A DNA stretch of 19,997 nucleotides, taken from assembly GCA_030141605.1 (NCBI GenBank), contig JAQGDQ010000211.1, positions 1 through 19,997 on the forward strand, given 5' to 3'. This DNA is from Tubiluchus corallicola (taxonomy: Eukaryota > Animalia > Priapulida). Below, in pieces: positions 1 through 19,997 of this stretch (positions are counted from its first letter, which is position 1; the number at the start of each line of letters is the position of its first letter). The notes under the pieces were generated by a model. That model worked only from the letters and a program-made list of their open reading frames with translations. It was not told the DNA's origin and ran no database searches. The position numbers were made by a program, and so were the translations under genes.

Positions 1-40
<40 letters not shown>

Positions 41-43
41 CCT

Positions 44-74
<31 letters not shown>

Positions 75-96
75 CCCCTCTCCTCTCCCTCTCTCT
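1..96. repeat. (TC)n microsatellite
   Basis: Direct reading; mirror of the GA tract starting at 2401. Confidence 0.97.
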
Positions 97-213
97 TTTA
101 CTCCTGTTAAACAACCAGACAGGGGCAAGCACAGGCTTTCATTTTCTGCAAAATTTACCAGAATAACGTAGACTATCAGTTGTTTGGTGTGTTTAGACAG
201 TGAACCTCGCAAG

Positions 214-608
214 AATAATGTCTTTTCACAGTTTTGCTAGGCGCATGCGCAGTTTCTGTAGGTCAAAGGTTAAGTGCATCACAGCAACGCATCTTAGTTA
301 CAAAACTTACGTGACGCGTGGCTAAAGCAAAGCCGTCTGCCACATCAGTTCAGAAATGTCAGTTGTTCTACGTGGACTTTACTCAACTATGCACTAGTCT
401 GTGCGTAGAGTGATTTACTAGCAGGATCTTGCTTGGGAACAAGAAAAATGAACTAGGTAAGGTTCTAGCTAGCTGTTAAAACTGTTACTATTACACTAGC
501 ATGGGCTGTGAGGCGTTGTCAAGTGTACACAAATGTGTTGTCTGGTACACTTAACCTTTGACCTTTTCACGATCATCATCAATCGCTGGAAGTGTGAAAA
601 GGCTTATT
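214..608 (+). mobile_element. Nested fold-back element (MITE-like or structured RNA), copy 1
   Basis: Outer inverted repeat 214-230/593-608, a perfect 17-bp inverted repeat AGGTCAAAGGTTAAGTG at 260-276/548-564, and further inner stems. A related end occurs at 13990-14032. Confidence 0.6.
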
Positions 609-723
609 AGAAAAGAACGGCTACCGATGTTGTAAGTGTATTAGACTTTCCTCTTTAGTTGAAGAGTTCCCTCTCCCTCGTTAGAGTTTCGCTTTTCTGA
701 TGCAATAAAATGATGTTTTTCAG

Positions 724-847
724 GCTGTAGGTATTGTTGCAACTCCCATTTTGACTTCGTACACGGATACCGATCCCCTGAGTTCTTCGAACACAAACAA
801 ACAAGACGACGTTTATAACAAAAAACTGAAACCCGTGCCAAAAGAAG
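724..847 (+). other. Exact inverted duplicate of CHAF1A exon 1669-1792 with intact splice sites
   Basis: Reverse complement of 1669-1792 (i+j=2516), with acceptor tttttcag| and donor |gtacgt. Confidence 0.9.
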
Positions 848-1668
848 GTACGTCCAATTAACCGTCCTTTTTACGTCAGCGTCAGCGGTGTGATTATGGT
901 TATTATTGGAGCTTATTATTCTTGTCCTGGCTAAAAGTCTGGATAACCTGGATAGTGGTCATAGTGTTGGACATGTGTACGTCAAGGAAAACCGGACGAT
1001 TGTGTAAACATGAGTTCAATATAAAGAATGCTGTAAAATATTGAAAACCTACAGTAGCTTATTTTAAATCAAAACTTAGATTAAATAATAATTACCTCGG
1101 ATACTCAAATTTCGTTAAACTTTTAAAGCTGCGCTCGGCTGAGTGAATCTACCAAGATTGGCTGCGGCGCCTTCTTGTCACATTCGCCTGGCCGACAAAT
1201 AGAAGGTTGGTACAGTGATAACCATGATCATGAACTGTAGTGTTAGTTTCTGCCGTCATATGACGTAGAGTCCATTTTTGCAACATGCGTTTAAACAGCG
1301 CGTAACACGTATGCAAATGTGCTTGACGCGCAAGTGAAGGCGCCTGCCATTGCACAAACTGTGGTTAGTTTCTGACGTAAGCAATAGCTGTGTTTGTATG
1401 TGTTAATTAACTTTCTAAGCTAATTATTCGAATATAAGGAACAATTGCTAACTTTTAGAGGTAATGTATATGTATATTTTGGATAGCAACTTAAAATGAG
1501 ATTGAGTCTAAACAATCGTCCAGTCTTTCCTTGACGTACACATGTCCAACACTATGACCACTATCCAGGTTATCCAGACTTTTAGCCAGGACAAGAATAA
1601 TAAGCTCCAATAATAACCATAATCACACCGCTGACGCTGACGTAAAAAGGACGGTTAATTGGACGTAC

Positions 1669-18219
<16,551 letters not shown>

Positions 18220-18519
18220 CTGTTGAAAATGTCTGTTTGTACAGCAACTTGCGCATAGGTAATTAACCAGGCTTTATCAGGAAATAATAAATGAAAACAT
18301 TGGGACCAAATCATATGTGTGTTGCTTGCAAACCAAAACCATTCATAAGTCGGCATAGTTAAAACTACGTTATGATGCTTCAAAGTAGAATGTACCAAGA
18401 ATTTGGCCTAATTTCAATTTTCTTTTTTTATAAAAACAAATGCTAAATATTCTTTTATATTCTAGCATCAAATTTCCTAGAAAATGATCAAAAAAATAAT
18501 AAAAATTTAATTTTATAAC

Positions 18520-18648
18520 CCCTAGAAATTGGTACTGCAATTGTAAAAAACTTGTATTTTCAAACTCTGAAAATAGCTCGTGAAAGCAGTCATTTTGCTT
18601 CTGGTTTTTTTCTGTTGCCAAGCCCACATCGTTGTCAGAAAGAGCCAT
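18520..18648 (-). CDS. Candidate first coding exon of CHAF1A (MALSDNDVGLATEKNQKQNDCFHE...)
   Basis: ATG at 18648 is preceded directly by an in-frame TAG, and there is an acceptor cag| at 18689. The only phase-0 GT donor nearby is weak (GGG|GTTATA, exon end 18520). No homology evidence. Confidence 0.3.
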
Positions 18649-19264
18649 CTACTGGATTTAAACACACCTTCAATGTGTTCTTGTAAAGTCTGTAGCAACC
18701 ACACTTTCGTACGGGTGCTAAGTGTTTTGTAGAAACACAACAAAAAATAATGACTAACTTTAACAGTGATTTTCTCAAGATTACGTTTTTCAGTGCATAA
18801 TAGCCTGCACCTCAACTTCAATGTGGATTATCTCAGCTTAGGAATAACAAAGAGCCATGAACTTGGTATCAAAATGATCCTCATGAAATGGAGATTCAGG
18901 ATATGTGAATAACTAGACAAGCTTAATTGTCGACTCATGGACGATTTTACTATGCACATTTTACAAAAATGTTACAAGTAATATTCAAGATTCTCATAAA
19001 CAGCAAATAATTCTACTGAAGCAAAAGAAACAGATTCATTTTAACTAAGTGAAAAGGTCAATATGGCTTACAAGTGCATCAGCAAACTGTAAGCGGCAAA
19101 AAAGTATGAATTTAAATGACGTACAAAATTCAAATTCACACCTTTTTCATTAATTAAATATGACTGTCATTGCCAGATTTTATAAATCATTGCAGTTTAT
19201 TTTACCAATATTACCCATTGCGGGTAATGAGTTGGAGGAGGTTAACGCTGAAAAATTGTGAACT

Positions 19265-19327
19265 AGTTGGGATTTGAACCCAAGACTTGAGAACCAGAGA
19301 CATGCTCTACCACCTAAGCTAAAGCCC
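19265..19327 (-). mobile_element. tRNA-derived SINE head or tRNA pseudogene
   Basis: The minus strand reads GGGCTTTAGCTTAGGTGGTAGAGCATG...GGGTTCAAATCCCAACT, with Pol III A-box TAGCTTAGGTGG and B-box GGTTCAAATCC. The anticodon arm is shortened and there is no good acceptor stem. Confidence 0.65.
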
Positions 19328-19715
19328 AGTATGGCTGAACAGGTCTAAGATTTCCTCCTTGTAGCACACAATCCAACAGCGCCACCTGTACCCATGACAG
19401 TAGGGGGAGCCCAGCATGACAGAACAGGTCTAAGATTTCCTCCTTGTAGCACACAATCCAACAGCGCCACCTGTACCCATGACAGTAGGGGGAGCCCAGC
19501 ATGACAGAACAGGTCTAAGATTTCCTCCTTGTAGCACACAATCCAACAGCGCCACCTGTACCCATGACAGTAGGGGGAGCCCAGCATGACAGAACAGGTC
19601 TAAGATTTCCTCTTTGTAGCACATAATCCAACAGCACCGCCTGTACCCATGACAGTAGGGGGAGCCCAGCATGACAGAACGGGTCTAAGATTGCCTCCTT
19701 GTAGCACACAATCCA
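19323..19715. repeat. 85-bp tandem repeat, ~4.6 copies
   Basis: agcccagcatgacagaacaggtctaagatttcctcc... recurs every 85 bp. Confidence 0.97.
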
Positions 19716-19817
19716 GTAGTGTTTCCTTTCTTCAACTCATTACTCGCAATCGATAAAAATTGGTAAAATGAACGACAATCGTTTAAAAAAATTCTGGTAA
19801 TCACAATCATAAATTAA

Positions 19818-19969
19818 CCCTTACACTACGGAATATTTAACATTAGTACTCAATAACGAACAACTATTTGTTTACAAGATTCTGTTTTAGTAACACACCA
19901 CAAGAAGTTATTGTGACGTGTGCAAAAGTCAATGTGGCCCAGTTAAAAAGCAACTTCGTAGTAAAAGGG
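19818..19969. mobile_element. piggyBac-like MITE, 152 bp
   Basis: TTAA|CCCTTACACTACGGA ... TTCGTAGTAAAAGGG|TTAA; TIR matches 12/15, with TTAA target-site duplication. Confidence 0.75.
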
Positions 19970-19997
19970 TTAATATATTATATCATTAGTTGCCTGC

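Larger units (their letters stand above)
1..1009. repeat. Left arm of large inverted repeat (runs off the window start)
   Basis: Reverse complement of ~1506-2495. Identical over 545-990 and ~64-218; diverged over 219-544. Confidence 0.97.

Noticed and set aside
1149-1355. 68-aa minus-strand ORF in the palindrome spacer as the next CHAF1A exon
   Set aside because: No resemblance to the p150 C-terminal region that I can recognise and no convincing splice sites.
19265-19327. Functional tRNA gene
   Set aside because: Only about 63 nt, with a defective anticodon arm and poor acceptor stem; treated as a SINE head or pseudogene.

Overview
AT-rich eukaryotic DNA, probably an invertebrate animal; the taxon cannot be fixed from the sequence. 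A minus-strand, intron-rich chromatin assembly factor 1 subunit A gene (CHAF1A/p150) crosses almost the whole window. Twelve GT-AG exons between 18219 and 1669 splice in frame to about 550 aa, covering the KER coiled coil, a PIP-like box, the CAF1A domain and the ED domain. The first exon is uncertain and the C-terminal exons are not in the window. The introns hold six minisatellites, several microsatellites, at least five MITEs, a tRNA-derived SINE-like head and a probable LINE 3' fragment. The most unusual structure is a palindrome of at least 2.5 kb at 1-~2500, centred near 1258, which duplicates a CHAF1A exon and its splice sites in inverted orientation. Its arms are identical except across most of a ~390-nt nested fold-back element, where most substitutions in its predicted stems preserve pairing through G-U. 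The long ORFs in the supplied track come from tandem repeats.
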